Below are positions 27,477-36,762 of a DNA stretch of 64,000 nucleotides, piece by piece. The notes beneath the pieces are model-generated. The model was not told the DNA's origin. It was given only the letters and a program-made list of their open reading frames with translations, and searched no databases. The translations under genes were made by a program, and so were the position numbers. Every line of letters begins with the position of its first letter. Within the stretch, counting starts at the first letter, position 1. Source of the stretch: Candidatus Kapaibacterium sp. (GTDB lineage: Bacteria > Bacteroidota > Ignavibacteria > Kapaibacteriales > Kapaibacteriaceae); NCBI GenBank assembly GCA_044224925.1, contig JBGAJM010000001.1, positions 113,021 to 177,020 on the forward strand, read 5' to 3'.

Positions 27477-29078
27477 ATGGCGTCACGTCGCGACTTCATT
27501 CGAACAATAGTTCTTGGCACAGGGGCGATCTACACGGTCGCCCTTGGTGCATGTGAACGTCCGCGTCCGTCCGTCACCAAGCGCTCGACACCACCACTTC
27601 GAACCTCGGCACAACGGTTTCGTGATGCACATGCCTACCTGCGTGATCACGGTGCGGCCGCTGCCATCACGACACAACGCACGAGTGATGTGATCGTGGT
27701 CGGCGGGGGACTCTCCGGTCTTGCCGCCACACATCTGCTGCGAAGCGAAGGACGACACGTCACCCTCATCGAGAACGAACCACGCATCGGTGGTGCGGCC
27801 GTGTCCGAGCTCGTGGCCGGAGTGCCGACGTCACTTGGATCCGTGTACTTCGTGGATCGCTCTCCATTGTTGATGGATCTCATGAAGGCGGCATCGGTTG
27901 TCGACGTGGTCTGTCCCACCGATGGCTACATGCTGCATGGCACCTTGCATGCGAACATCTGGCGCGACGCCGACATCATGCGCTTTGCCACGTCCGAGCA
28001 AGACCGCACAGCGATGCGTCGGTTCCGCGACGATCTGCTGGCAATGTCCGATACCGATCTTCCTTCGTATCCGTTGCCGGCAACTCTTCCTGCGAAGTGG
28101 GCCGCCTACGATGCCATGTCCGGTGCCGACTTCCTCGCCCCCTACAACTCACCGCTCCTCTCCACCGTGCTCGATGCCTATGCGCGTTCGTCCATGGGTG
28201 CGGGCATTGACACGGTCAACGCCTACTGTCTGCTCAACTTCTATGCATCCGAGTTCGATCTCACCGAGATCGTTGAACGCTACACGTTCGATGGCGGCAT
28301 GGGTGGACTCACGCGCGGACTCGCCAACGTCATGCACGATTCCGTGCATACGAACGAGGTCGTCATCCGCGTGGAGAACACAGGCACCGGCGTTCGCGTG
28401 CTCTCCGTCGACGCGCACGGCGCTGTGATCGAGACCACGGCAGCACGCGCCATCGTGGCCACGCAGAAGTTCATGGCACCGTTCCTCATTCCTGAACTTG
28501 GCACGGCACAGCGCGATGCCATGCGTGGACTTTCCTATGCGCCATATGCGACCATTCATCTGCATTCCACGCGACCATTGGTGGATGCGTCGACCATCGA
28601 TACATGGTATCTGCCAACATCGCCACTCTTCTCCGATGTGATCAATCCGCAGGCAGTGTGGAAGGGCGGCACGGAGGGATATGTGTGTTCCATCTATGCA
28701 CCCATGCCACGCGATGCACGGGCGATGTTGCAAGACGATGCATCGTTCGCAGCACACGTGGCCGATGTGGTGCGGGCATTTCTTGCGCACGTCGACGATG
28801 CAACGGCCGAGAGCGTCACGGAGATCTATGCATGGGCGTGGGGACACAGTCTCGTGATCCCGACCCGCGGTTCACACAATGGTCCGGCACAACTGGCGTC
28901 TGCACCCGTAGGGAACATCTTCTTTGCCAACACAGATAACGACGCATCACCGGCCGTGGAGAGCGCGCTGGCAAGCGCCACGGCAGCAGCAGAGGGAACT
29001 CTGCGATCGCTCGCGCACTCTACCGGACGCGCAACAGCGTACGCTCCTAACCACTCACATTCAAGGATCTCACAATGA
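27477..29078 (+). CDS. FAD-dependent amine oxidase-like oxidoreductase with a Tat / lipoprotein-type signal
   Basis: MASRRDFIRTIVLGTGAIYTVALGAC has an RRDF Tat motif and a possible lipobox. The dinucleotide-binding motif VIVVGGGLSGLAATHLL...LIENEPRIGG is typical of flavin amine oxidases. It starts 3 bp after the DUF1501 stop. Confidence 0.7.
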   Translation: MASRRDFIRTIVLGTGAIYTVALGACERPRPSVTKRSTPPLRTSAQRFRDAHAYLRDHGAAAAITTQRTSDVIVVGGGLSGLAATHLLRSEGRHVTLIENEPRIGGAAVSELVAGVPTSLGSVYFVDRSPLLMDLMKAASVVDVVCPTDGYMLHGTLHANIWRDADIMRFATSEQDRTAMRRFRDDLLAMSDTDLPSYPLPATLPAKWAAYDAMSGADFLAPYNSPLLSTVLDAYARSSMGAGIDTVNAYCLLNFYASEFDLTEIVERYTFDGGMGGLTRGLANVMHDSVHTNEVVIRVENTGTGVRVLSVDAHGAVIETTAARAIVATQKFMAPFLIPELGTAQRDAMRGLSYAPYATIHLHSTRPLVDASTIDTWYLPTSPLFSDVINPQAVWKGGTEGYVCSIYAPMPRDARAMLQDDASFAAHVADVVRAFLAHVDDATAESVTEIYAWAWGHSLVIPTRGSHNGPAQLASAPVGNIFFANTDNDASPAVESALASATAAAEGTLRSLAHSTGRATAYAPNHSHSRISQ

Positions 29079-29782
29079 AGGTACTCGCATCTGGTCTCCT
29101 CGTTGGAGCACTCGCCATTGGCATGATGTCCTGCAAGTCTTCCACGAACCCTGCAGGCGAAGGTTCGCTCTCGATGGAAACATCGATCCCAACAGCCACC
29201 GTCCAGTCCATGACGATCAAGGGCGAACACGCTGAAGCATTGAACTGCGATAGCGTTCGTATCTCCCGTGTACGACTTCTTCTGTCGCGCATCAAGCTTC
29301 AGGCGATCAACGACGATTCGGGTACGGGTGGACGTGACGTGAAGGCCGGACCGGCCGTGATCACGTTCGAACGCGGCAAGGTCACATCGGTCTTCGCAAC
29401 CACCGTCCCTGTCGGCAAGTACGATCGCATCAAGCTGGAATCCCATCGATTCACACCACCGGAAGTGACCACATGGGCCGGTGATGCCGTCTTCGGCGAC
29501 TTCGCAACAGCTGATCGTCCAACGGTGATCATCGAAGGTACCGTCTGGAATGGCGGCGTGGCAACAGACTTCGTGCAGACGAGCGATAACACGGAGAACC
29601 TGACCATCAAGGCCGAACCGTACTTCGAGATCACGGAATCCACGGCGACAACATTGAAGATCAACTTCGATGCTGTTGAGTGGCTCAAGGTTGGCGGCAA
29701 GATCCGCGACCCGCGTGATAGCGACAACAAGAACGACATGAAGCTTCGCCTGAAGTCCTTCTTCAAGCTGATGCGCAAGTAA
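29075..29782 (+). CDS. lipoprotein of unknown function
   Basis: MKVLASGLLVGALAIGMMSCKSS has a lipobox-like motif ending in Cys. The start overlaps the preceding stop by 4 bp. Followed by a strong terminator. Confidence 0.6.
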   Translation: MKVLASGLLVGALAIGMMSCKSSTNPAGEGSLSMETSIPTATVQSMTIKGEHAEALNCDSVRISRVRLLLSRIKLQAINDDSGTGGRDVKAGPAVITFERGKVTSVFATTVPVGKYDRIKLESHRFTPPEVTTWAGDAVFGDFATADRPTVIIEGTVWNGGVATDFVQTSDNTENLTIKAEPYFEITESTATTLKINFDAVEWLKVGGKIRDPRDSDNKNDMKLRLKSFFKLMRK

Positions 29783-29796
29783 ACGGACCTTCGTCC

Positions 29797-29842
29797 AAAA
29801 AAAAACGGGTACGACCATTTGGTCGTACCCGTTTTTCGTTTC
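29797..29842. terminator. bidirectional rho-independent terminator (A9 - ACGGGTACGACC - ATTT - GGTCGTACCCGT - T5)
   Basis: Perfect 12-bp stem flanked by a poly-A run upstream and a poly-T run downstream. It lies between the + strand lipoprotein gene and the minus-strand tRNA-Leu. Confidence 0.7.
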
Positions 29843-29846
29843 GATG

Positions 29847-29930
29847 TGCGGAAGACGGGACTTGAACCCGTACGCCCTTGCGAGCGCCACCCCCTCAAGA
29901 TGGTGCGTCTGCCAATTTCGCCACTTCCGC
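29847..29930 (-). tRNA. tRNA-Leu (anticodon GAG), type II with a long variable arm
   Basis: The reverse complement GCGGAAGTGGCGAAATTGGCAGACGCACCATCTTGAGGGGGTGGCGCTCGCAAGGGCGTACGGGTTCAAGTCCCGTCTTCCGCA has a 7-bp acceptor stem, anticodon loop TTGAGGG, a 15-nt variable arm and T-arm ACGGG-TTCAAGT-CCCGT. Length is 84 nt. Confidence 0.8.
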
Positions 29931-29958
29931 ATCGAGGGATTACAAATATAGGGAAATC

Positions 29959-31059
29959 TCAGAAAACGCGACGCGTTCGAAGTGCAAGAAAGATGGGAAC
30001 GGCCGCGGAGACGACAACAGAGATGGCGATATAGGTGGTCCGGTCCACAAGATCCCGCTGCGAGTACAGTGGATGCAAGGCCGCCAACAGTGCTGTCGCC
30101 ACCAGGAAGACCACCGTGACGGCGTCCATGCGCACCCAACGCTGGAGGATCACCGCCAACAGACCGTAGAAGGCCACAAACGTCGGAGCCACCAGTCGCT
30201 CCACGTCCTTCCCCGCAAAACTGGCCACCACCACGAGGGCGACGAGGACGGCAAGGTGCATGTTCTTGCGCACAAGGTCCGGCAGACGGGATGCGGCGAC
30301 AACGGGCAGGAGCGTGAACGGGATCATGCAGTTCACGCACAACCGATACCATGCCACCGGATCCGTGAGCTTCCATGCATACACCGCATAGTTGCCGATC
30401 AGGTCCCATCCCTGATTCTCGGGCGACATCATGCTGCGCAATGCGAAGAAGGGCACCATGGCCGGTGCTGACGCGGCCAGTGCCATGCGCCATTGGCGCG
30501 ACGGCCATGCGACGATGATGGCAACAGGGACCATGAGCATGCACGTTTCCCGCGTGGCCGCACCAATGCACAACAGCACGGCATAACGCCACCATGCACC
30601 ACGTTCGATGGCGATGATCGAGGCCATGATCACCAACAACGAAAGTGCGTCGGTGAGCTGATAGGGATTGAAGAGGGAGGCGCCGACCACATGGGGTGAG
30701 GCGGCAAGGAGGCATGTGACGAACAACGATGTGCGCGCATCGATGTCGCGGCTGAGCAACCACCGACGGAACAGAAGCAGACAACAAAGCAGCGACGCAA
30801 CGGTCAGCAAACGGAACGCTTGCACCTGCGAACCAACGAGCGGTGTGAGCGTTCCTGCAAGAAGCGGTGGAAGGACGCGATAGACGAAGGGGGCAGGGAC
30901 GTGCGGATCGATGTGCGGAGCCGCCGTGGCCATGCGCTGGTAGTGCACCAGATCCAACTCGCTCTGCGATGCAAAGGCAGAGGGGTCGATCTCTCCATAC
31001 CATGCCACCATGATCCCGACCACACAGACCACGATCAGATCGTACCAGTGTGGCTTCAT
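29959..31059 (-). CDS. polytopic integral membrane protein (function unknown)
   Basis: Start at MKPHWYDLIVVCVVGIMVAWYG, the internal Met of track ORF 29959..31218. About 10 hydrophobic helices. The overlapping 725-aa track ORF 28826..31003 is rejected. Confidence 0.55.
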   Translation of the reverse strand: MKPHWYDLIVVCVVGIMVAWYGEIDPSAFASQSELDLVHYQRMATAAPHIDPHVPAPFVYRVLPPLLAGTLTPLVGSQVQAFRLLTVASLLCCLLLFRRWLLSRDIDARTSLFVTCLLAASPHVVGASLFNPYQLTDALSLLVIMASIIAIERGAWWRYAVLLCIGAATRETCMLMVPVAIIVAWPSRQWRMALAASAPAMVPFFALRSMMSPENQGWDLIGNYAVYAWKLTDPVAWYRLCVNCMIPFTLLPVVAASRLPDLVRKNMHLAVLVALVVVASFAGKDVERLVAPTFVAFYGLLAVILQRWVRMDAVTVVFLVATALLAALHPLYSQRDLVDRTTYIAISVVVSAAVPIFLALRTRRVF

Positions 31060-31069
31060 GATGCGCGTA

Positions 31070-33316
31070 TTATCGCGTGACGGCGAGCTTGCCCACGGCT
31101 GCTTCCTTGGTGGAAGCCGAGAGAGCATGGATGATGTAGACGCCGGGTGGGACGGTGCGACCTTGCACGTCCTTACCGTTCCACAGTGCCTGACGTCCGT
31201 TCGTTTGCACGGCGGCAACCAGTTCGCCGGCCGCCGTCATGATGCGCACGTCGGAATCGGCGGCAAGTCCATCGATGGTGATCACACCATCGGCGTCGGG
31301 TCTAAACGGCTGCGGATAACAGCGAATGGCGTAGGAGTCGAGCGGCTTGACGCTCTGCGTGAGAACCGACGAACAACCGCTCATCGTTCCGAAGTAGGCG
31401 CGTCCGGTCCGATCGTCCACGACAACGCTCTTCACGTTGTCCGTCAGCAGAGGAGAGTTGTTCTGCGTGATGATGGAGAGCACTTCCGTGCCGTCTTCGT
31501 TCAAGACATAGACGCCATTCGATGTGGCGATCCACTTGTTGTTGACAGCGTCAACGAAGATGTCGTTCACATTCAATGCCGAGAGTGCCGTGATGCGACG
31601 AACGAAGGGAATGGTCGTGTTGGACACGGTGGAAGGTGAAGCGATCACGGACACACCGCGCGCCGTGCCGATCCACAGAGCACCATTCTTATCGATGCGC
31701 AAGGCGCGGATCACATTGTCCTGGAGTTGCGTGTTGGACGAGCGGAGCATTTGACAGACATCGTCCGCTTCGTTGTTCGGTGTGTTCTTATCGTGGAAGG
31801 CAAGCAGACCGTTGCCGGTGGGACCGGCCATCCATTTCGTCCCGCCGTTATCGATGGCGATCACGCGATACTGATTGGCGCGCAGATCGTAGCAGTTCTT
31901 GAAGTAGCCGAAGTTCTGATCCTTGTCGCGCGTGACGAGCAATCGATCCGCGCCAAGTTCATTCACGATCCAAAGCTTGCCGTTGCGATCCGTGATGGCA
32001 TCGCTGGTGACCACGTAGTTCGCATCGTTACTGATGCCCACGAGGGGACTGTTCGTGTTGTTCCACTTTTGCAGGACCACGCCGCCTTCTGCCTTCTTGG
32101 CCTCGACAATGCCATAGCCCCAGCTTGACAGCCACACACTTCCATCGGGTTGTGCATTCACGCGGTGATAGGAGTTCGAACCCATCTCGGCATTTGCTTC
32201 CTTGGTGAACTCGAACCACGTGGTCCCATCGAAGGCCATCACGCCTTGTCCCGTGCGGAACGGTTCTTCGTCGGTGGCAGACCACAGCCAGCCATCGCGG
32301 TCGATGGTCAGGTGTGAGAACTGATTCGTGCGTGGTGAGTTCACAAAGACGTCTTGTCGGTCCGTACCATCGACGATGGCAAGCGGAAGGTTGACCACAA
32401 AGGCGATCACCACGGTACGTCCGTTTCGTGTGGTGGTGGCATGGCCGTTCACTTGGCCGGGGAAGGAGACGGGAAGCGGACCTGACAAGGTGCGCACGAA
32501 CGACTCTTCCGATGCATAGACCTCGGTCGCCGTGGTCGTGAGTCCAACAAGTGTTGCGCCACCGGAGTATACCGTACGGAACGACGAACCTTCGGCGATC
32601 AGAATGGCGCCCGCAGCCGTTGCAAAGACATCGTTGGCGGTGGCACGTACGAACGACACGGCAGGCACCGGAAGGCCATTGGACGTACCGAAGAGCTTCC
32701 AGACGCTTGGAAGACGCAACGTTTCGGATGAGAGCGGTGCGACCACGATGCCGGAATCAGTCGAGGCCCAAATGGAATCGCGCAATGTTGTTAGCGAGGT
32801 GACGCGAGTCTTCTCTTGCAAGGGACCGATGCGATCGACGGTCTCGCGGAACACATCGTTGGCGGGATCGAAGGACACGATGCCGAAGTCCGTGGCGATG
32901 TAGAGCAGACCGTTCTTCAACAGGAAGTCGTTGATCCGTCGACGTTGATACACCGTGGCACGACGGATGTCGGTGATGTTCTTGAACTGCAGGTCTTCGG
33001 TGACGATGGTGAGCGATCCGTCGAAGCATCCAACGAAGACGCGCTTCGAAGCTGTGTCGCACAGGATGGCCGTCACATCCAGGTTCAACAACGCGCCAAC
33101 GTTGCGATACTCCTGAATGGAACTGTCGGCAGCGCTATACACAAAAAGACCGCCCGGAGTGGCGGCCCAGATGCGACCTTTGGAATCGACAGATGCGGCG
33201 CGTACGGTGCGCATGGTCGAGAATGTTTGCCAGTCGCTCAAACTGATGGTCGATTGCGCCGAGAGGGTCACGGCGGCAAGGAGCAAGGCACAGAGGATGC
33301 TGATACGTGTGGTCAT
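31070..33316 (-). CDS. secreted two-component-regulator-propeller (Reg_prop) repeat protein with a T9SS C-terminal domain
   Basis: Signal peptide MTTRISILCALLLAAVTLSAQ. Many beta-propeller blade repeats (GGLFVY, GLLYIATDFGIVSFD, DGSVWLSSWGYGIV, GALWIGTARGVSVI, NKWIATSNGVYVL). C-terminal CTD with GRTVPPGVYIIHAL. Confidence 0.7.
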   Translation of the reverse strand: MTTRISILCALLLAAVTLSAQSTISLSDWQTFSTMRTVRAASVDSKGRIWAATPGGLFVYSAADSSIQEYRNVGALLNLDVTAILCDTASKRVFVGCFDGSLTIVTEDLQFKNITDIRRATVYQRRRINDFLLKNGLLYIATDFGIVSFDPANDVFRETVDRIGPLQEKTRVTSLTTLRDSIWASTDSGIVVAPLSSETLRLPSVWKLFGTSNGLPVPAVSFVRATANDVFATAAGAILIAEGSSFRTVYSGGATLVGLTTTATEVYASEESFVRTLSGPLPVSFPGQVNGHATTTRNGRTVVIAFVVNLPLAIVDGTDRQDVFVNSPRTNQFSHLTIDRDGWLWSATDEEPFRTGQGVMAFDGTTWFEFTKEANAEMGSNSYHRVNAQPDGSVWLSSWGYGIVEAKKAEGGVVLQKWNNTNSPLVGISNDANYVVTSDAITDRNGKLWIVNELGADRLLVTRDKDQNFGYFKNCYDLRANQYRVIAIDNGGTKWMAGPTGNGLLAFHDKNTPNNEADDVCQMLRSSNTQLQDNVIRALRIDKNGALWIGTARGVSVIASPSTVSNTTIPFVRRITALSALNVNDIFVDAVNNKWIATSNGVYVLNEDGTEVLSIITQNNSPLLTDNVKSVVVDDRTGRAYFGTMSGCSSVLTQSVKPLDSYAIRCYPQPFRPDADGVITIDGLAADSDVRIMTAAGELVAAVQTNGRQALWNGKDVQGRTVPPGVYIIHALSASTKEAAVGKLAVTR

Positions 33317-33343
33317 GCGGAATGCCGACGAGTCAGTTCCCAT

Positions 33344-33838
33344 TTATAGTGTACGGATCTGTTCGTAGATCGAGATCATCTCCAATGCGGCCACGGCCGC
33401 CTCGTATCCTTTGTTGTCGCCCTTCACCCCTGCGCGCTCCATGGCCTGGTCGACGGTGTTCACCGTGAGCACGCCGAAGATGCAGGGAATGCCGGTTTGC
33501 ATGGCCACGGAGGCAATGCCGGTGGAGACCGGACCGGAGACGTATTCGAAATGCGGTGTGTCGCCACGGATCACCGCACCGAGGGTGATGATGGCATCGG
33601 GGCGCAAGGTCTGCGCAGCGTGCAGCGCCACCGAAGGGACCTCGTAGCTGCCCGGACAGTACACGATGGTGATATCGGCATCATCCACACCGTTCGCGCG
33701 AAGTGCCTCGAGGGCACCTTCTTGCAAACGGTTCACGATGAACTCATTCCAACGCGCGGCAACGATCACGATGCGACGTCCGGCTCCCTGCAAGGTGCCG
33801 TGAACACTACGAGGCATGGACCTTCTCCTGGATGGCAT
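33344..33838 (-). CDS. ribH: 6,7-dimethyl-8-ribityllumazine synthase
   Basis: GAVIRGDTPHFEYVSGPVSTGIASVAMQTGIPCIFGVLTVNTVDQAMERAG is a close match to the RibH core. The start may be the internal Met at 33817. Confidence 0.85.
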   Translation of the reverse strand: MPSRRRSMPRSVHGTLQGAGRRIVIVAARWNEFIVNRLQEGALEALRANGVDDADITIVYCPGSYEVPSVALHAAQTLRPDAIITLGAVIRGDTPHFEYVSGPVSTGIASVAMQTGIPCIFGVLTVNTVDQAMERAGVKGDNKGYEAAVAALEMISIYEQIRTL

Positions 33839-34649
33839 TGAGATGCTCTTGCGTCACACCGAACACGCCAAGATTACGCTCGTCATACTCACGCGAACCA
33901 TGATAGTCGCTGCCGCCTGTGATCAAGAGTCCGTGCTGTAGAGCGAGCGCCTTGTAGTATTCGCGTGTGACGTACCAATGCGATGGGTGATAGACCTCGA
34001 CACCGTCGATGCCACTGGTGCGCAGTCCCAAAAACAGTCGCGGATCGTGATAGGTCTTGCCGGGATGGGCGATCACGGCGATACCACCGGCACCATGGAT
34101 CATGTCGGCGGCCATCTTCACGGAATACGGCGCCTTCGACACAAAGGCAGGCTTGCCCGTGTCGAGGTAGACGTCGAAGGCATTCTGGAGGTTCTTCGAA
34201 AACCCGCGCTGAACCATAACGGCAGCAACATGCGGACGTCCGATGGGTGCCGTTCCTGCATGGTCTTGCACTTCGTCGAACGAGATGTTCACGCGTAGAC
34301 GTTGCAGACGTTCCACCATCTCGCGAGCACGACGCTCACGGTCCGTCTTGAAGAAGTCGATGTAAGCACGGAGCGTTGGGTCTTTGTGGTCGATGTAGTA
34401 GCCCAGCACGTGCACATCGCGTCGGTCTTCCGTACACGATACTTCGATGCCGGGGATCAACTTCACCGGTCCGTTATATCCTTCCATGCGCAGGACATCG
34501 TAGGCCGCAAGGGTGTCGTGGTCCGTGATGGAGATGGCACCCAGTCCAACGGCCTCTGCCTTCTCCATCAGTCGCGATGGGGTGAGCAGTCCGTCGGAGC
34601 ACGTCGTGTGACAGTGCATATCGGCAACGATGTCGACAAGGTTGTTCAT
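33807..34649 (-). CDS. PHP-domain metal-dependent phosphoesterase
   Basis: N-terminal ADMHCHTTCSDGLLTP...ISITDHDT PHP motifs. Overlaps proS by 4 nt. Confidence 0.75.
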   Translation of the reverse strand: MNNLVDIVADMHCHTTCSDGLLTPSRLMEKAEAVGLGAISITDHDTLAAYDVLRMEGYNGPVKLIPGIEVSCTEDRRDVHVLGYYIDHKDPTLRAYIDFFKTDRERRAREMVERLQRLRVNISFDEVQDHAGTAPIGRPHVAAVMVQRGFSKNLQNAFDVYLDTGKPAFVSKAPYSVKMAADMIHGAGGIAVIAHPGKTYHDPRLFLGLRTSGIDGVEVYHPSHWYVTREYYKALALQHGLLITGGSDYHGSREYDERNLGVFGVTQEHLNAIQEKVHAS

Positions 34650-36358
34650 GCGAGTCCATTCAAGAGTGATCGAACGTCGGCGCGCACCTCGTCGAGTGCC
34701 ACGATGCGACGCTCGCCCGTCCGTCGAACTTTCACTTCAATGTTTCCGGCCGAGAGGTTCTTATCGCCAACGATCACCTGCAAGGGCATGCCCAACAGAT
34801 CGGCATCGTTGAACTTCACACCCGGCGATTCATCACGGTCGTCGAACAGCACATCGATCCCTGCCGCCATAAAGGCCTTCTCGAGTTCTTCACAGACGGC
34901 GCGCACCGACTCGCTCTTCTTCATGCCGAGGCCGAGCAGGTGGACGTGATAGGGTGCGAGCGACATGGACCATGTGATGCCGCGCTCGTCGTGGTTCTGC
35001 TCGATGAAGCAGGCCATGATGCGCTCGATACCGATGCCATAGCTTCCCATGATGATCGGATGTTCTTTTCCGTTCTCGTCAAGGAAGGTGGCTCCAAGTG
35101 CTGTTGAATACTTCGTGCCAAGCTTGAAGATGTGACCGACCTCGATGGCATTCACCACGCGAAGTTCCTTGCCGCATCCTGTCGGACAGAGTTCGCCGGC
35201 ACGCACAGTGCGCACGTCGTGATAGCCTTCGATGGTGGCATCACGATCGAGATCGATGTTGCGCAAATGGAAACCGTCCTTGTTGGCACCACTCACGAGA
35301 CCGTTCAGGTGTTGCAGTCGTTGATCGGCGATCACGCGCATCGGTGTGCGCAGACCGATCGGACCGATCGATCCGGCATGGGCACCGGTCCATGCGAACA
35401 ACTCCTCTGCCTCTGCCGGACGGAGCGCTGTGGCTCCAAGCACACCTTGCAGCTTCGATTCATTGAGCTCGTCGTTGCCGCACATGAGAACAAGGATGGG
35501 CTGATCGTCGGCCACATAGACCACGCTCTTCGCGCAACGCTCTTCGGGAATGGAGTACTTCTGAATGAGATCGTCGATCGTCTTCGCGCCCGGCGTTGCG
35601 AACTCTTCGATGGAAGGGTTCTCGGCAAGGCGGGGAATGGCGGCAAGGATGGACGTGGCCACTTCGATGTTCGCTGCATAGGAGAGGTCGTCGCACACGG
35701 CACAGGTGTCTTCGCCGAAGGGCGACTCCACCATGAACTCTTGCGACTTGCTTCCGCCCATGGCACCACTGGATGCACCGACGATGAAGAAGCGCAGACC
35801 GCAACGTGTGTAGATGTTGCGATACGCTTGCTCATGCTTGTCGTAGGCGGCATCGAGTCCTTCCGTCGTGGAATCGAGCGAGTAGGCATCCTTCATCGTG
35901 AACTGACGTCCGCGAAGCACGCCACTCTTTGGCCGTGGCTCGTTGCGGAACTTCGTCTGGATCTGATACCAGATCTGCGGCATGTCGCGATACGAGTGCA
36001 CGTGCTGACGTGCATGGAAGGTGATGATCTCTTCGTGCGTTGGTGCGAGGACCAGACCTTCGCGATTCTTGATGTGGAACATCACGTCGCCCATGGCCTC
36101 GACACGACCTGTCTGTTCCCAGATCTCGATCGGATTGAGGGCCGGCATGTGGAATTCCTGTCCACCGATCGCATCCATCTCCTGACGTACGATGTCGCAG
36201 ATCTTCTTGTGGACGCGATAGCCCAAGGGCAGGAAGCTGAAGACGCCGGCAGCGAGCTGACGGACCATGGCTGCCCGAACCATCAATTGATGCGATGGGA
36301 TCTGTGCCTCGTTCGGAACTTCCTTGAGCGTTGGGAGGAATTGTGTGGACTGACGCAT
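34646..36358 (-). CDS. proS: proline--tRNA ligase
   Basis: 570 aa. Bacterial-type ProRS N-terminus (QLMVRAAMVRQLAAGVFSFLPLGYRV, class II motifs) with an editing-domain insertion. Confidence 0.9.
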   Translation of the reverse strand: MRQSTQFLPTLKEVPNEAQIPSHQLMVRAAMVRQLAAGVFSFLPLGYRVHKKICDIVRQEMDAIGGQEFHMPALNPIEIWEQTGRVEAMGDVMFHIKNREGLVLAPTHEEIITFHARQHVHSYRDMPQIWYQIQTKFRNEPRPKSGVLRGRQFTMKDAYSLDSTTEGLDAAYDKHEQAYRNIYTRCGLRFFIVGASSGAMGGSKSQEFMVESPFGEDTCAVCDDLSYAANIEVATSILAAIPRLAENPSIEEFATPGAKTIDDLIQKYSIPEERCAKSVVYVADDQPILVLMCGNDELNESKLQGVLGATALRPAEAEELFAWTGAHAGSIGPIGLRTPMRVIADQRLQHLNGLVSGANKDGFHLRNIDLDRDATIEGYHDVRTVRAGELCPTGCGKELRVVNAIEVGHIFKLGTKYSTALGATFLDENGKEHPIIMGSYGIGIERIMACFIEQNHDERGITWSMSLAPYHVHLLGLGMKKSESVRAVCEELEKAFMAAGIDVLFDDRDESPGVKFNDADLLGMPLQVIVGDKNLSAGNIEVKVRRTGERRIVALDEVRADVRSLLNGLA

Positions 36359-36382
36359 TGTGTTCTTTCTGTCGTTTCGTTG

Positions 36383-36724
36383 TTATTCTCGGATGAACCA
36401 GGCACGTGTGATCCGGTCGTTCGCCGTTTCATACGTGGCAATGGCATGGACATTCCCGTCGCTGCGCAGACCGGCCACTTGCTCTTCGTCGATGACCATG
36501 GTGCCGCACACCATGCGATGCACAAGCGTGCAGTGCAGGAGCGGGTGTTGCTCGAACATCGCACCATAGCGCTCACGCATGGCGTCGATCCCCGTGCACG
36601 TGGCCTTGCCGCTCACGAGGTCGTACAAGACCACGTCGTCGGCATACACCGCACAGAAGGCCTCGATATCTCGCGCATTGTAGGCGTCGAGCTGTGCTTG
36701 GGCCAGATCGGATGGAGAACGCAT
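36383..36724 (-). CDS. NTF2/SnoaL-like small protein (DUF4440-like)
   Basis: 113-aa protein (MRSPSDLAQAQLDAYNARDIEAFCAVYADDVVLYD) with an NTF2-like fold signature. Confidence 0.5.
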   Translation of the reverse strand: MRSPSDLAQAQLDAYNARDIEAFCAVYADDVVLYDLVSGKATCTGIDAMRERYGAMFEQHPLLHCTLVHRMVCGTMVIDEEQVAGLRSDGNVHAIATYETANDRITRAWFIRE

Positions 36725-36762
36725 AGGCGGCAAAGATACGAACTTCGTTGAGCTATAAGGGC

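Noticed and set aside
28826-31003. 725-aa ORF on the minus strand
   Set aside because: It runs antisense or out-of-frame across the amine oxidase gene, the lipoprotein gene, the terminator and tRNA-Leu, as well as a real membrane-protein gene. It has Arg/Cys/His/Gly-rich composition typical of spurious open frames in GC-rich DNA, and no motifs.
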